In this document: in pieces, positions 37,976 to 50,364 of the stretch
Position numbering within the stretch: the first letter of the stretch is position 1
Layout: each line of letters starts with the position of its first letter
From: Marsupella aquatica
Taxonomy: Eukaryota; Plantae; Marchantiophyta
Assembly (NCBI GenBank): GCA_973895155.1
Contig: OZ316899.1
Location: 8,001,241 to 8,065,240 of the forward strand
DNA: 64,000 bases
Reading direction: 5' to 3'
The notes under the pieces: generated by a model
Databases searched by the model: none
Seen by the model: the letters and a program-made list of their open reading frames with translations, nothing else
Told to the model about the DNA's origin: nothing
Position numbers and translations under genes: made by a program

Positions 37976-40900
37976 TTACTCCAGGTCAAATTCATCCTTC
38001 TCGTCTAAAGGTCCTCCCTGATCATCTCCTGGGATGGTGAACTCATCATCCAACCCTTCATCATTGGGATCATTGTTTTTCGGGTCTGCGACCCCTTTCA
38101 ACTTCTGGGCATGTCTATCCAACACACTTGCCAAAGTTTTTTGCGCACACAGATGAAGAATGTCTCGATCTTCAACACCCACAACAAATCTCCCAGCGTA
38201 TTCCCCAGCGGCAAAAGCACTTCCATCTCCAACAGTCCAGTCAATGACAATGTCCTTTGGCAAAGTAAGGATCTCCATTACGGCTTGCATAAACCCAACT
38301 GACAATCTATTGGAACCTGCAAAAGCCGCCTTGGGACTGGGATCAGTTTTTGGGTAGCAAACACTCAACATCGATTTATGGCAGGCATCCTCCGAGGAAG
38401 TCATTGGAACATATCCTGTATGTTTCGAGACTTTTGCCGAGAATTCCACCTTGCAGAAGACATCCATAATGAGAGTAACCACCTGAATTGAAAACGAGAA
38501 TATGTAAGAAATGTGCACTTTTGGTTAGCGAGCTCGCTAGCAAAACTTGCACAAAAACTATTGCGGATATCTTACCTTGATGTCCATATCTGCCTGATAC
38601 AAAGGAGATGAAAGCAAAACCGAATACTGTCGGACATGTTTAAATTTGTTCTTCTTCTCGACGACAGAAAAAATTTGCCTCATATGGTTATAGTCAGAGC
38701 TGTGAAGAACTGCGACATAACCATCGTCGACAAGCATCGGATGCATGACTCCAAAGAAATAATATGGTAATTTCTCACTCCAAACATTCCACTTCGGGAC
38801 CTCCCGGTCTGTGACGCTCGTTCGATGACCCGTGGGAAGGAATATGAAACCCAAGTGAGCACCAATTCCAGCGTAATGTTTTCCGTTGATCATCACGGCG
38901 TTTGGGTGTTCGCTCGATTTGCTCATTCCAGACAACCACTGATCCGCATCGCCCATCCAGGGAGGTCTTACTTTCCTCTGGCTAATTGAGTTTACAGTTT
39001 CCGTGAGATTGCTCTTTGCCAAGAAATGCCTCTCACCGTCCTTCTTAAGACCACACATTCGTGCTACTCCTTGTGCGATGCATGCTTCCTCCTCATCCGA
39101 GTCGGAGAGAATTTGGACATTGCGCTTCCTCTTTAAACGCTTGATTGAACCCAGGTCCACAGCAGATTTTGTTGTGACCTCAACATCAGGAGACTTGGGT
39201 TCTTCTCCATCATCCGCCCCACTCTTCAAACTCCCAGAGGCTGTAGCCTTTCTCTTCTCTAAAAAACATGTTAATGTTAGATAGGTGACTGAGACAAAAT
39301 TACTCCGAATGAGGTATGAAAAAAAGAGGAGAAAAAGACTTACTTTGCTTCCCAGACAAGACTGATCCATCTTTGGACGTGTCCTTCACCGGCACCTTCC
39401 GAGGTCTCCTCGATCTACTCCGGTCGACAATGGCAGCTACACCAAGAACAGCTTTCTCCATTGCCTCACATCCGCCAGCCTCGGCTTCTGCAGGAGCTAA
39501 TTTGGACTCTGTAATGTACAACTCTGGTATCAAGCCTCGATTTATCATATGAAATGCTGCCTTCTCTGCTGTGTCAAATGTCACTGCCCATTTGTCTGAT
39601 TCTAAATACCATGGACAGTGAAGGACTTCCCACTCACTCATCTTCCTTGGAGCCTCCACTCCCTCACATGGGTACATCGAGTACTCTCCATATTTAACGG
39701 AGGTTGGATCCTCTTTCACTCCTGCTATCCAAGGCGAGAAGCAAGCAGGATAGGACCACCAATATGTTTTGTCAACAACTTCTCTATCCACAAAAAAACG
39801 ATATGTATATCTCTTCGCCCTCCTCCAAAAAAGTGAGATGTCAATCTTCTCACCCGACTTTGGTGGCCAAATCTGTCTGAAAAAACGAGATTTCACTCTC
39901 GTTTGGAAATCTTCAAAGTCCTCCTCTATGTCAAGGATCAGCGATGGCTTTGTCTTCTCAGACGAAGTAAGGATCCTTGCATCTGGAACAGTTGGGATCA
40001 TCTCTGAAATAATCTCAGACATGAGCGAAGAACAAATTGACTCAACCTGCTCCCATACAACCCATCGGTGAAGCCAAAGTTTTGTTTCGCTGTCCGAGAA
40101 TTGACCAGGGTGGAAGTACTTCTTGCGAAGCTCAGGTCTGCATTGTGCCTCGAGGAGTACACATCTGAGCTGCGGAGTCAACGACAAGACACCCGTAAAT
40201 AGCCTCGCACGATCGAGACCACATGACACATTACCCCTTCCTTTATCGTCTGTTCGTTGGGCCTCCTTCCTCTCATGTTTGCAATTGTTGTGCATCTCAA
40301 CACACTTCTGGAAAAAGTCACCAAACTCAGGATTTAGGAGAGGTCCAATCTTTGGCACCTTCACATTCCAATCTGCTAGTTGCTCCTTCATCATGTCTTT
40401 CACTGCCATGTCTTGCGCAGCTTTTGAAAGAGGTTCTCCTTGCGCTTCTTTCAACTGGAACTTCTTCTTCAAATCTTCCGTCTGCGCTGCAATATTAGCA
40501 GCAGACAGAATGTACGTGCAGGCATCGAGTGTCATGTTCTTCGAATACCAAGCCGGTTTCCTGATATTTGCCATCTTCTGCTGGAAAAGTTTGTAGTTGT
40601 CTGCATCGATGCTATCTTTGTATACAGAAAGGTCATTACTGAGCACCTTCTGGACTCTCTCTGCTTCAAGGACCCAAGAATTCTCAACGTGACATTGAGT
40701 CAACCTGAACAAAAGAAACAGGTCAGCGAGATCGCTAACAAGAGGAACTGAAAGAATTTTATATACAATTCATAGCTTGAAGGAAAAGAAACAAACCTAT
40801 TCAGCGCATGCATCGCCGACTCAATCTGAACGAATGAGTTCTTGTCACCCTTGAAAATTTGGCAAACAACTCGAGGATGATATTTGACATCATGGGGATT

Positions 40901-41500
40901 CTCGTCCGCAAGCTGCATCCATGAGTACAGACGATGATTTCCATCAAAAACACAGAACATTTTGTCTTTCAAAATTTTGAAAGCTTCGTGAGAATCACAT
41001 TCCCTCTTGAATTCTTCATTATGAAGAATCCACATGTCATCCCACGACTCTTGAATCACATCATCGCACATCTGGACAAGGCCATCTTTGCCGGTCATTT
41101 GTACATAAAATCGAGGCGCATCCTTGATGTATCCCTGCGTCCGGAATTCATTCTTGAGTGTCTCGATCGCAGTCGAGTTTGTTTGCAAGGTCCAAACGAT
41201 CTGCATGTTTCGCATTCTGCAAAGGGGAATCCTTGGAGGAGCGAGGGGGAATCCAAATTCATCATTTCCAAAAGGGAAAAGATGGCGATTGATGACAACA
41301 GAATAGGGTTCTGAAGCTCCAGGTTGAAACGTAGGATTCACAACATCTACTTGGTTCACCATCTTGGGTCTCCTCGGTGTTTTCAATCCCGCCTGGACCG
41401 CCTTCTTGTTCACTGTAGACCTTGTCTCCCTTCAACTTGACTCGACTGACTTGAACGATCCTATTGATGACAAGCTCTCGGGTGAAGACAATGGCTCCAT
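37976..41500 (-). pseudogene. MULE accessory gene: ParB/Srx-like N-terminus plus N6/N4 DNA-methyltransferase-like C-terminus; exons 41500-40797, 40704-39344, 39258-38576 and 38482-37976
   Basis: Three GT-AG introns join ORFs 40700-41413, 39300-40712, 38558-39370 and 37976-38518 in frame. ParB-like: IETLKNEFRTQGY..FCVFDGNHRLYSW. MTase-like: MLVDDGYVAVL..MEILTLPKDIVIDWTVGDGSAFAAGEYAGRFVVGVE. One in-frame TGA at 41432 if the ATG at 41500 is the start. Confidence 0.7.
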
Positions 41501-42176
41501 CAGCGGGTCCGTGAAGTGATAAGGGTATGAACAGGTCAAGGTCGAGGGCGACACGCTTTGCAAACATAAAAAAACTTGAGAATCGATCTTCCAGTCAAAG
41601 ACAGAATTGTACCCTCGTCTGTTGCTTTCACCTAAATGCAGCGCCCGGTCGTGAAAAGAGATACAGATATTCTGTACGACTCTCCTCGCAATCATTTTTC
41701 AGACACCGTCAGGTATACATGTACTTCTGGAAATACGAACCACCAAACTCACGACTGAAAGAAAAGTATCTAATGACAAAGAGACAGGTGTCCGGTACTG
41801 TACCGTACCGTTGACATATAGGTACCCGTTGACCAATTCCGATGGATATAAACGATCATAATGGTCTCTTATGAGAAACTATTTTTGCTAGCGACATCGC
41901 TAGCCAAAAATTGATCACTAAATCCATGAACTCGTGAAGGGTGTTTTGTAAGGTTTTGAACCATTTTACTTGGTTCATTGAGCTAGCGATCTCGCTAGCT
42001 TTATCATTCTGTAAATAGTGTCATATAAGACAAAATAACGGTCAGATAACAGGAATAAGAGGCATTTATTAAATAAATACGTTGAGTCCAACACCTACAC
42101 AAGCACGTTTCCTCATATGTATTTGGAGAAAGAAGGGAGTAAAGTATCTCACATTTGAGGATTGTTGTAGACTGTA

Positions 42177-43492
42177 ATGTCCAAAACTGTCAACATGTCT
42201 TCATTGGGATCGAAGGTTGTGATCGAGAGAAAGACGACGGGTGATGTTGTTGTTCTGGATGTTCCGGAGAATACTATTATCTCTATCAAGGAGTCTTTTC
42301 TCTCATCAAGGTTTGGGCTTTTGAAAGATGATTTCATCTGGAAGTTGTTCGTTCTTTACTCTCGGAATGGATCCAGAAGTCACGAGGTGTCGGATAATGG
42401 TTCAGGAATATTGCCAGAGAGAGCTTGGGACCTGAAGTGTGGTTCAGCTGTAGAGCTAGTCTCATGTAAGGATGACATTGCACATATCAATGTTTCCGAT
42501 CCAGAATCCCCGACTCGCCCGTCACCTGCAGTACCAGAAATTATCGACATCTCCCCTGAGAGTGTGGGTCGGGATCTCTCTTCTGTGTCGACAAAGTCTT
42601 CTGAGAAATCCGTTTTTGAAGCAGTGAGTCAAAACGAGTTTCAATCTCATCCAGTTCTTTATCGAGTTAGTGCATATGATGCCTTCCTCAATATTACTGG
42701 GTCAAGCGAGTTGGCAAATTTCCGCAGGGGAAACGATTGGAAGGAGATTCAAGTACAGACTTTGCCCACTTCATACAATGGAAACTGCATTTTTGAGCTT
42801 CCTCCGGTCGAAGGTCAATTTCGTCGAGGATATGGTCTTCAAGACATGGATAGGGATAATGACGGCTACCCATGGACGAGACTTCTCACAACTTCAGCTA
42901 ATCTCAAACCTCGCAATCACTGGTCTGTGTCAAAAGTCAGATGTGCCGGTGTACTTGAATGTCAAAATCTGGTCTGTAGAAAGTTGAAGCACACCGGTTC
43001 AAAAAATGACTCTTCCTTCCAAGGAAAGGGACAATTTACAGAGTCGTTTCATCTTGGTGAGCTTGTGGAGGAAGGAGGGTTGGTGTGCGGATTCTATGAG
43101 GAGAGGCCTCTCTGCAACCGTGAATGTCCGGCTAAACTTTTGTACGTCTATCCTAAGCCGTCTCTTGAGTCAAATGTTGCGAAACATATGTCTCGATTGG
43201 CTGTTCACATGTGTTTCCATGACCACGTTGTTTGGAAAGGGAAATCTCGATTGGCAAAAAAGCAGGCGGAGGAGATAGTTTCTGGTGTTCATAAAGCAAA
43301 TCCCATGTGTACGCCAGGGCGTGTTCTTAACAAGTCTATAGGAAACCTGGTTTCTCTTTTGCATCCAGAGTCTTCTTCAGAACTATCAAAAGAAGAAGAG
43401 AGAGAGATATGGGAATCGATGAAGGTTGTGTCCACTGTTGAGAAATTCCAGGCCATATTCCGGAGCGTGAAAATGGATAACCCAAAAAAAGG
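42177..43492 (+). pseudogene. MULE transposase, N-terminal part (GCM/WRKY-like zinc-binding region), cut by an LTR insertion
   Basis: Open frame with CAGVLECQNLVC..ECPAKLLYVY..AVHMCFHDH. It ends at the TG of the LTR at 43493. Confidence 0.7.
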
Positions 43493-43808
43493 TGTGACGC
43501 CGATGACATGGTCCTTATTCTATAATCTGAGTAAGTAGGTTGCTGTATGCAAGGAGTAGCTATTGATATTGCATAATAATTAGCAAGATGGCAAGAATAA
43601 GGGCAATCATGGCGTTGAGTAGGGAAATAAAAGCTATGTCACGGGTGGTCGGCGACCATATCTCTTTCAATATGTCACCAAATCTGGATCTATAAAGAGC
43701 ATTGGAAAGATCTGGTCAAGGCGAGTAAAATCGATATAAAACACTCTCAAAACATAGGTGTATTAGGAAAGATATGATCTATTAGTGCGACGGGTTAGTG
43801 TGTAACCC

Positions 43809-44170
43809 GGGATAGCGGATAGCGGATAGCGGATAGCGGATATGGATAGAGGTTAGCGGACACGGATAGTGGATATGGATAGAGGTTAGCGGACAGGATA
43901 ACGGATACGGATAGAGGTTAGCGGACACGGATAGTGGATAGCGAATAGAGGTTAGCGGATACAGATACCGGATAGTGGCTAGTGGCTAGCGGATTTAGAA
44001 TGGGGTTAGACTAAACCCGGGACAACGGATAGCAGACAACGGACACGGACAACCGACACGGACAATGGATAGCGGACAACGGACACGGACAACGAACACG
44101 AACAACGGACACGGACAACTAACAAAGACAACGGACACGGATAGCGGACACGAACACGGATAGCGGCTTA
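43809..44170 (+). repeat. Compound GGATAGC / GGACAC / GGACAAC tandem repeat in the 5' LTR
   Basis: Read directly; 6-7-bp units beginning GGA. Confidence 0.9.
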
Positions 44171-46628
44171 GCCCGAGGCCACGGGTTAACTCTTCTAAGG
44201 TTAGATAGGATAGCTAGGCTAGCCGAACTCGGGTTAGCTATGTAACTCGGGTTAGCGTAGCAATGAGTACCCCCTCTCGGTTGCGGGGGCATAACTTTCT
44301 GTGTATTTGGCCAAATTGGCTATAATTGACCTCGTTGGAAAGAGGAGCTCAAGCCGCTTCCAACGCTGCTATCCACGCAGCAAATGGTTGAATAGAGAAA
44401 TCGGGAGAGGAGGCGCAAGCTCGCAAAAACCATGGAGGAGGGCCAAATCCGAAGTACATAGCCAATTCAAGATAAAAATAAAGTTGCAAGTTAGGGTTTA
44501 GTAGTTAGAGATAGTGGCGGCTCTATTAGGGCTGGGATGGGGCTCCAGCAGTGTAGTATCCATCCATTTGGGCTCAGTATGAGAGTATATAGAGCAGCCC
44601 CCCGGTAGAGGCAGGGGGGGACTTCAGTTGTGTGATCTCACTTAGACTGAGCAGCAGGGAGGAGCTCTGTGCAAGCAAGGCTGGACTTGGACACTGCATG
44701 TTGGGGAGAGCTTGGTTGTGCTATTACTCTGGGAGTAATCAGCCAAGCTTCACAACTGCAACGGTTGCTAGGTTGCGAGCTGGATTGTGGCTCTTTCTAG
44801 TGGGCAGCACAACTGGGTTCTTTTCCCCCGATACAGAGCCTTGGTGATAGGTGATGTATTGGTGATTGTAAACTATGGGGAGGATGTCAATTTGATTTGT
44901 GGTGAGCACATTAGGGAGGCTGAGATACTGATTGAGGGGCAGCAGAAGGAGCATTTACAGTTTGGTCTGGCAAGGCTACGTGATCCATGGGGAGTCTCGG
45001 CCTTTGTCTGGTAGAGAGCACTAAGGGATTTATGGCCAGAGCTGAGCTTGCAAGGCAAGCATGAGGCCGGGCCTCATTGCAGTCTGGGGTAGATCGCTGT
45101 TAGGCCTGGTACCAGCTTTGAAGTCGAGTCAACTATGCATGCGTAACTTGACGTTCTGAATTGGAGGTGTGAGATCTGTATGTGCCCCCAAGAATGAAGT
45201 GCATTGAAGGAGGTTGAGTTCAGGATTGAGTTTGCAAGGCAAGTACGGGATTGGTTTGAGTCCAATCTGTCGTCGCAATCTGGAGTGAGCCCGGCTCAGG
45301 TTCAGGATTGAGCTTGCATGGCAAGCATGGGGCTTGCGGGGCAAGCACGTCACAATCTGGAGGAGACAGCCTTCGGCCCTAGTGTTTGGATCAAGTGTTC
45401 TCAGTGAACTATTGTGCACATCTTTGAATCTAATTGAGTTTTCCTCTCAGGCCTCATTTCTCTCATGGATGTGTGTGTGTGTGAGGCAATCTGAGTGTAT
45501 GATGGGACTAGCAGTGCCACTGAGAGGTGTACAGGGTGCATTGAAGCGGGCTGGGTGAGGACTGTCATAGCTCTGATTGCTGAGAGTGGAATGGCAGAGT
45601 GGTGGGGCAATGGCTTAGAAGTCCCTAAGCCGGGAATCAGTCAGGAGTCACTGGTTTATGGGTACATTCCGGCGGCGGAATAGAAACATACCTATGACAA
45701 TAAGCATACGTATAGACCTATGCGCACCGTAGCGCTAGGCCCTGTGTGTACGGGCCCGATATGAAGACCCCTTCTCACCAGAACTATCATGAGTGCAGAT
45801 CTGATCCCCAACCTTGGTTCCTTGGGATTGAGCTTGGGTGATGTGTGATAGAGTCTTGCTATGATAGTCTGGTGTTAAGGGCATAAATTGGTGTTTACCG
45901 GCCTTCACAACATCCCTTCGTGATCCTCAGGTACAAGGAGATGGTTTTGGCACCCATAGTGACGTTTTTGGTGTTAAGACCCATGTCAATCGCGTGACAT
46001 TTTGGGCGCTAGATGGAGGGGATGGAGCTATGTTGTGATGCTGGTAAGAGTTCTTATCTTGTGAGGAAGGAGTATCCTCTGTTGGTGCTGGATTTCAGAA
46101 GTGCAGGAGTATGTACAGTGAGGGGAGCAAAGCAGTATGTTCATATTTGAAGCTCACTTGTGTACATTGACATGCTGAGGAGGAGGTTTTGGCCTGCCTG
46201 CACGGGGAATCTCAGCTTGGAAGGAGGCAAAAGAGAAGTTAGTATTTTGTTTCCCTCTAGATCCAGGATGTTGTGTGAAGCAGGGACGCTTCACAGTTAA
46301 GTAGGGGGATATGTGACGCCGATGACATGGTCCTTATTCTATAATCTGAGTAAGTAGGTTGCTGTATGCAAGGAGTAGCTATTGATATTGCATAACAATT
46401 AGCAAGATGGCAAGAATAAGGGCAATCATGGCGTTAAGTAGGGAAATAAAAGCTATGTCGCGGGTGGTCGGCGATCATATCTCTTTCAATATGTCACCAA
46501 ATCCGGATCTGTAAAGAGCATTGGAAAGATCTGGTCAAGGCAAGTAAAATCAATATAAAACACTCTCAAAATGGAGGTGTATTAGGAAAGATATGATCTT
46601 ATTAGTGCGACGGGTTAGTGTGTAACCC

Positions 46629-47060
46629 GGGATAGCGGATAGCGGATACGGATAGAGGTTAGCGGACACGGATAGCGGATACGGATAGAGGTTAGCGGAC
46701 ATGGATAGCGGATACGAATAGAGGTTAGCGGACATGGATAGCGGATAGCGGATAGAGGTTAGCGGATACAGATACCGGATAGTGGCTAGTGGCTAGCGGA
46801 TTTAGATTGGGGTTAGACTAAACCCGGGACAACGGATAGCGGACAACGGACGCAGACAACGGACACGGACAATGGATAGCGGACAACGGACATGGACAAT
46901 GGATAGCGGACAACGGACACGGACAACGGACACGGATAGTATACAGCAGGCACAGATAGCGGACACGGATAACGGACACGGACAACGAACACGGACAACG
47001 GACACGGACAACTGACAAAGACAACGGACATGGATAGCGGACACGGATACGGATACCGGC
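46629..47060 (+). repeat. The same compound repeat in the 3' LTR, with a different copy number
   Basis: Read directly. It accounts for spurious Cys/Pro-rich ORFs at 46550-47185. Confidence 0.9.
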
Positions 47061-48144
47061 TTAGCCCGAGGCCACGGGTTAACTCTTCTAAGGTCAGATA
47101 GGATAGCTAGGCTAGCCGAACTTGGGTTAGCTATGTAACTCGGGTTAGCGTAGCAATGAGTACCCCCTCTCGGTTGCGGGGGCATAACTTTCTGTGTATT
47201 TGGCCAAATCGGCTATAATTGACCTCGTTGGAAAGAGGAGCTCAAGCCGCTTCCAACGCTGCTATCCATGCAGAAAATGGTTGAATAGAGAAATCGGGAG
47301 AGGAGGCGCAAGCTTGCAAAAACCATGGAGGAGGGCCAAATCCGAAGTACATAGCCAATTCAAGATAAAAATAAAGTTGCGAGTTAGGGTTCAGTAGTTA
47401 GAGATAGTGGCGGCTCTGTTAGGGCTGGGATGGGGCTCCAGCAGCGTAGTATCCATCCATTTGGGCTCAGTATGAGAGTATATAGAGCAGCCCCCCAGTA
47501 GAGGCAGGGGGGACTTCAGTTGTGTGATCTCACTTAGACTGAGCAGCAGGGAGGAGCTCTGTGCAAGCAAGGCTGGACTTGGACACTGCATGTTGGGGAG
47601 AGCTTGGTTGTGCTATTACTCTGGGAGTAATCAGCCAAGCTTCACAACTGCAACGGTTGCTAGGTTTGCGAGCTGGATTGTGGCTCTTTCTAGTGGGCAG
47701 CACAACTGGGTTCTTTTCCCCCGATACAGAGCCTTGGTGATAGGTGATGTATTGGTGATTGTAAACTGTGGGGAGGATGTCAATTTGATTTGTGGTGAGC
47801 ACATTAGGGAGGCTGAGATACTGATTGAGGGGCAGCAGAAGGAGCATTTACAGTTTGGTCTAGCAAGGCTACGTGATCCATGGGGAGTCCCGGCCTTTGT
47901 CTGGTAGAGAGCACTAAGGGATTTATGGCCAGAGCTGAGCTTGCAAGGCAAGCATGAGGCCGGGCCTCATTGCAGTCTGGGGTAGATCGCCGTTAGGCCT
48001 GGTACCAACTTTGAAGTCGAGTCAACTATGCATGCGTAACTTGACGTTCTGAATTGGAGGTGTGAGATCTGTATGTGCCCCCAAGAATGAAGTGCAGTGA
48101 AGGAGGTTGAGTTCAGGATTGAGTTTGCAAGGCAAGTACGGGAT

Positions 48145-50364
48145 GCGGAGAATAAGCACTGGGTGGCTGACTTTCAGCGCCCATGTGTACGACCATAATT
48201 ACAGGTCCCTTTGTACCATCTTCACTTGTGAGCTCCATTCGGAGGACTCCTTATCTCTTGAAACCGCATGGAGATATATGATTGAAGTTGCCTCTGATCA
48301 TGACGTGCATGACCCACTCATTGGAGGATTTATTCCGATAATGCCGAGGCTGGATGGATCGCCATTCGAAATGTTTTTTTTTTAGGTGTCCGTCACCCAT
48401 AGAAGGAGCACAGTGACGCCTTTCACTTTGCTCAATCTCTTCGTCGTCACACATTGGAGGGTATTCGGGAAGATCACCATCGAGAGCACTATAAACTGTG
48501 GGAAAGGCTGAGAACAGCATCAACATATGTTCAGGCCTACCGTGTTGCTGACGAAATCCATCATTGGTGGAAGGAAGGAAATTGCTATGCTGGGAAATTG
48601 AAGTCTCTCCAAGGATGGTTATCTTGGTGGGTCGTGAGGTGGAGGCAATGGGGGAACTTCATCCGCATTGTAAGTGTCCAATTTCATTTCTCTTTGACGT
48701 CATTGTTTTTGCTAGCGACCTCGCTAGCATATCAGGTCTGACTAGGGACTACTTTTTTGGAGACGCAAACCGCAATGGAGTCAGCCTTGATGCCAAATTG
48801 TACTGGAGCGGAATCAGTCCATGCATCCATGCGATCCTACCAAATGAAGAAACTAGTGGGATTGATTGAAGCATGTGAGGTGGACCAAAAACGTGTTGCG
48901 GGGCAAATTGCTACTTTTACTGCCTACAGTGAAGGTGTTCACAGAGGCCAGGGGCCGACCATTTTTGAATTAGCATATAGGAACGCCGATGCTATGGGAT
49001 CCATGGATGCTTACGAAAAGGCAGCAAATCTTTTGCTTGAGTCTTTAGCTAAGTATGAATTCTATAGAACAGTTCCATTACATGGCGATCTCCGAACAAC
49101 ATCCACGAAGAGGAAAGGGAAAGCTTCAGTTGTAATCCACGAGAATGACTCCCACAAACATGACAAGGTGTCACGCACAATAGCTTCTCCTTCAGGACTA
49201 AAAAGGCATAATCTCTATCCTGAATTTCGCTTCGTCAATGTTTCGGAGACTTCTGCGGACCCAGAAATAGCAAATAATACAACTTCGGCAACCCCTGTCG
49301 GAGGTTGTTCTGCTAGAGTTATCCATATTTCAAATGACGATGGTGGTGATGCAAGTCGTAATGTCAATGATACCGAGAAGATGGGGACTCAACCTTCATG
49401 TGATGTCGGGGATGACCATCGGGATGCCTCCCAAAGGATCCCTTCCATCCGAGAGGTTGATGTTCCTTATGGGACCTGGCATCTCAGGCGGAGCGGTAGA
49501 GGTGCTGGACCTGTTTGCAACGGGTCGGTTGACCGAAGCATTTTTGGAAGAGATGAATGTAGAAATCTCATCAAGGAGACTATATGTAAGTCCGCGCAAG
49601 GGGGAATTGTTGGAGTCGCCATTCACGGGTTGCGATTATCGTCTCCACATCGCCAGTTGTTGTACTTATGTCCTAACAATAAGTGTCACAAGAGCCGAGG
49701 ACGCAGAACTCTAGCTCAATTACCCCCCCCCCCACCCGAGTCGCTCAAGGTTCAGCGTGGGACTTGCCTCTCCCATCCCAAGATAGAGTTTCTGCTGGGA
49801 TTAGGATTCCAGATCAGTGGACTCTCCTATGTGGATGCAAATCAAGTTGGAGAGTTCCCGTCCCCCAATCGGGTCAACCTACGAATTGATGTTAACTCAT
49901 TCCCCGAACGAATCGATCTAACTAATGTGGACCGTCGGTTGAAAACCCAAAATGGTAAGGGTGCACGACAGCGTTTCAGCAATACTCCAGAGTTGCTCAA
50001 GCGCATCGTTTCCGCTACACAAGAATACATGAGAGTTGTCAGAAATGAGAAGGTAACTACCGGAAATGGATGGGGTTGGAGATACTTGATCGCCACTCAC
50101 GAGACTGATTCACAAGTTCCGCACACATATTGGGTGCAAATCTGTTGTTTCCCTTCGTGTTCTTGTGAAGACTTTTATAAGAGGCATACACGAGGGAAAC
50201 CATACATGTCTTGTAAACATCTGTTGTGGGTGTATTTAAACAAGTTTTCACTCAACCTGGAGAAGGACGACCTTGTGAAACAACCGATTCTGACTGTTGG
50301 GGAAGTGAGGAGTTTAATTCAATCCGTTACAGATAGGGGACTAGTCATTTATTGGAGATGCTAA
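48145..50364 (+). pseudogene. MULE transposase, catalytic and C-terminal part with SWIM zinc finger
   Basis: GWLTFSAHVYD..CTIFTCEL; frameshifted DNAEAGWIAIRNVF (second D); DAFHFAQS; WLSWWVVRWRQWG; intron from 48670; CTGAESVHASM (E); SWIM CSCEDF..CKHLLWV. Confidence 0.82.

Larger units (their letters stand above)
43493..48144 (+). mobile_element. Non-autonomous LTR element (LARD/TRIM-like): 2.5-kb 5' LTR, 312-bp non-coding interior, truncated 3' LTR
   Basis: 5' LTR 43493-45999 (TGTGACGC..GCGTGACA). PBS TGGGCGCTAGATGGAGGG at 46003-46020 (tRNA-Asn-like). PPT AAGTAGGGGGA before the second LTR (46312-48144), which matches 43493-45251. Confidence 0.88.

Noticed and set aside
46550-47185. Cys/Pro/Val-rich ORFs
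   Set aside because: They are translations of the GGATAGC/GGACAAC repeat inside an LTR.
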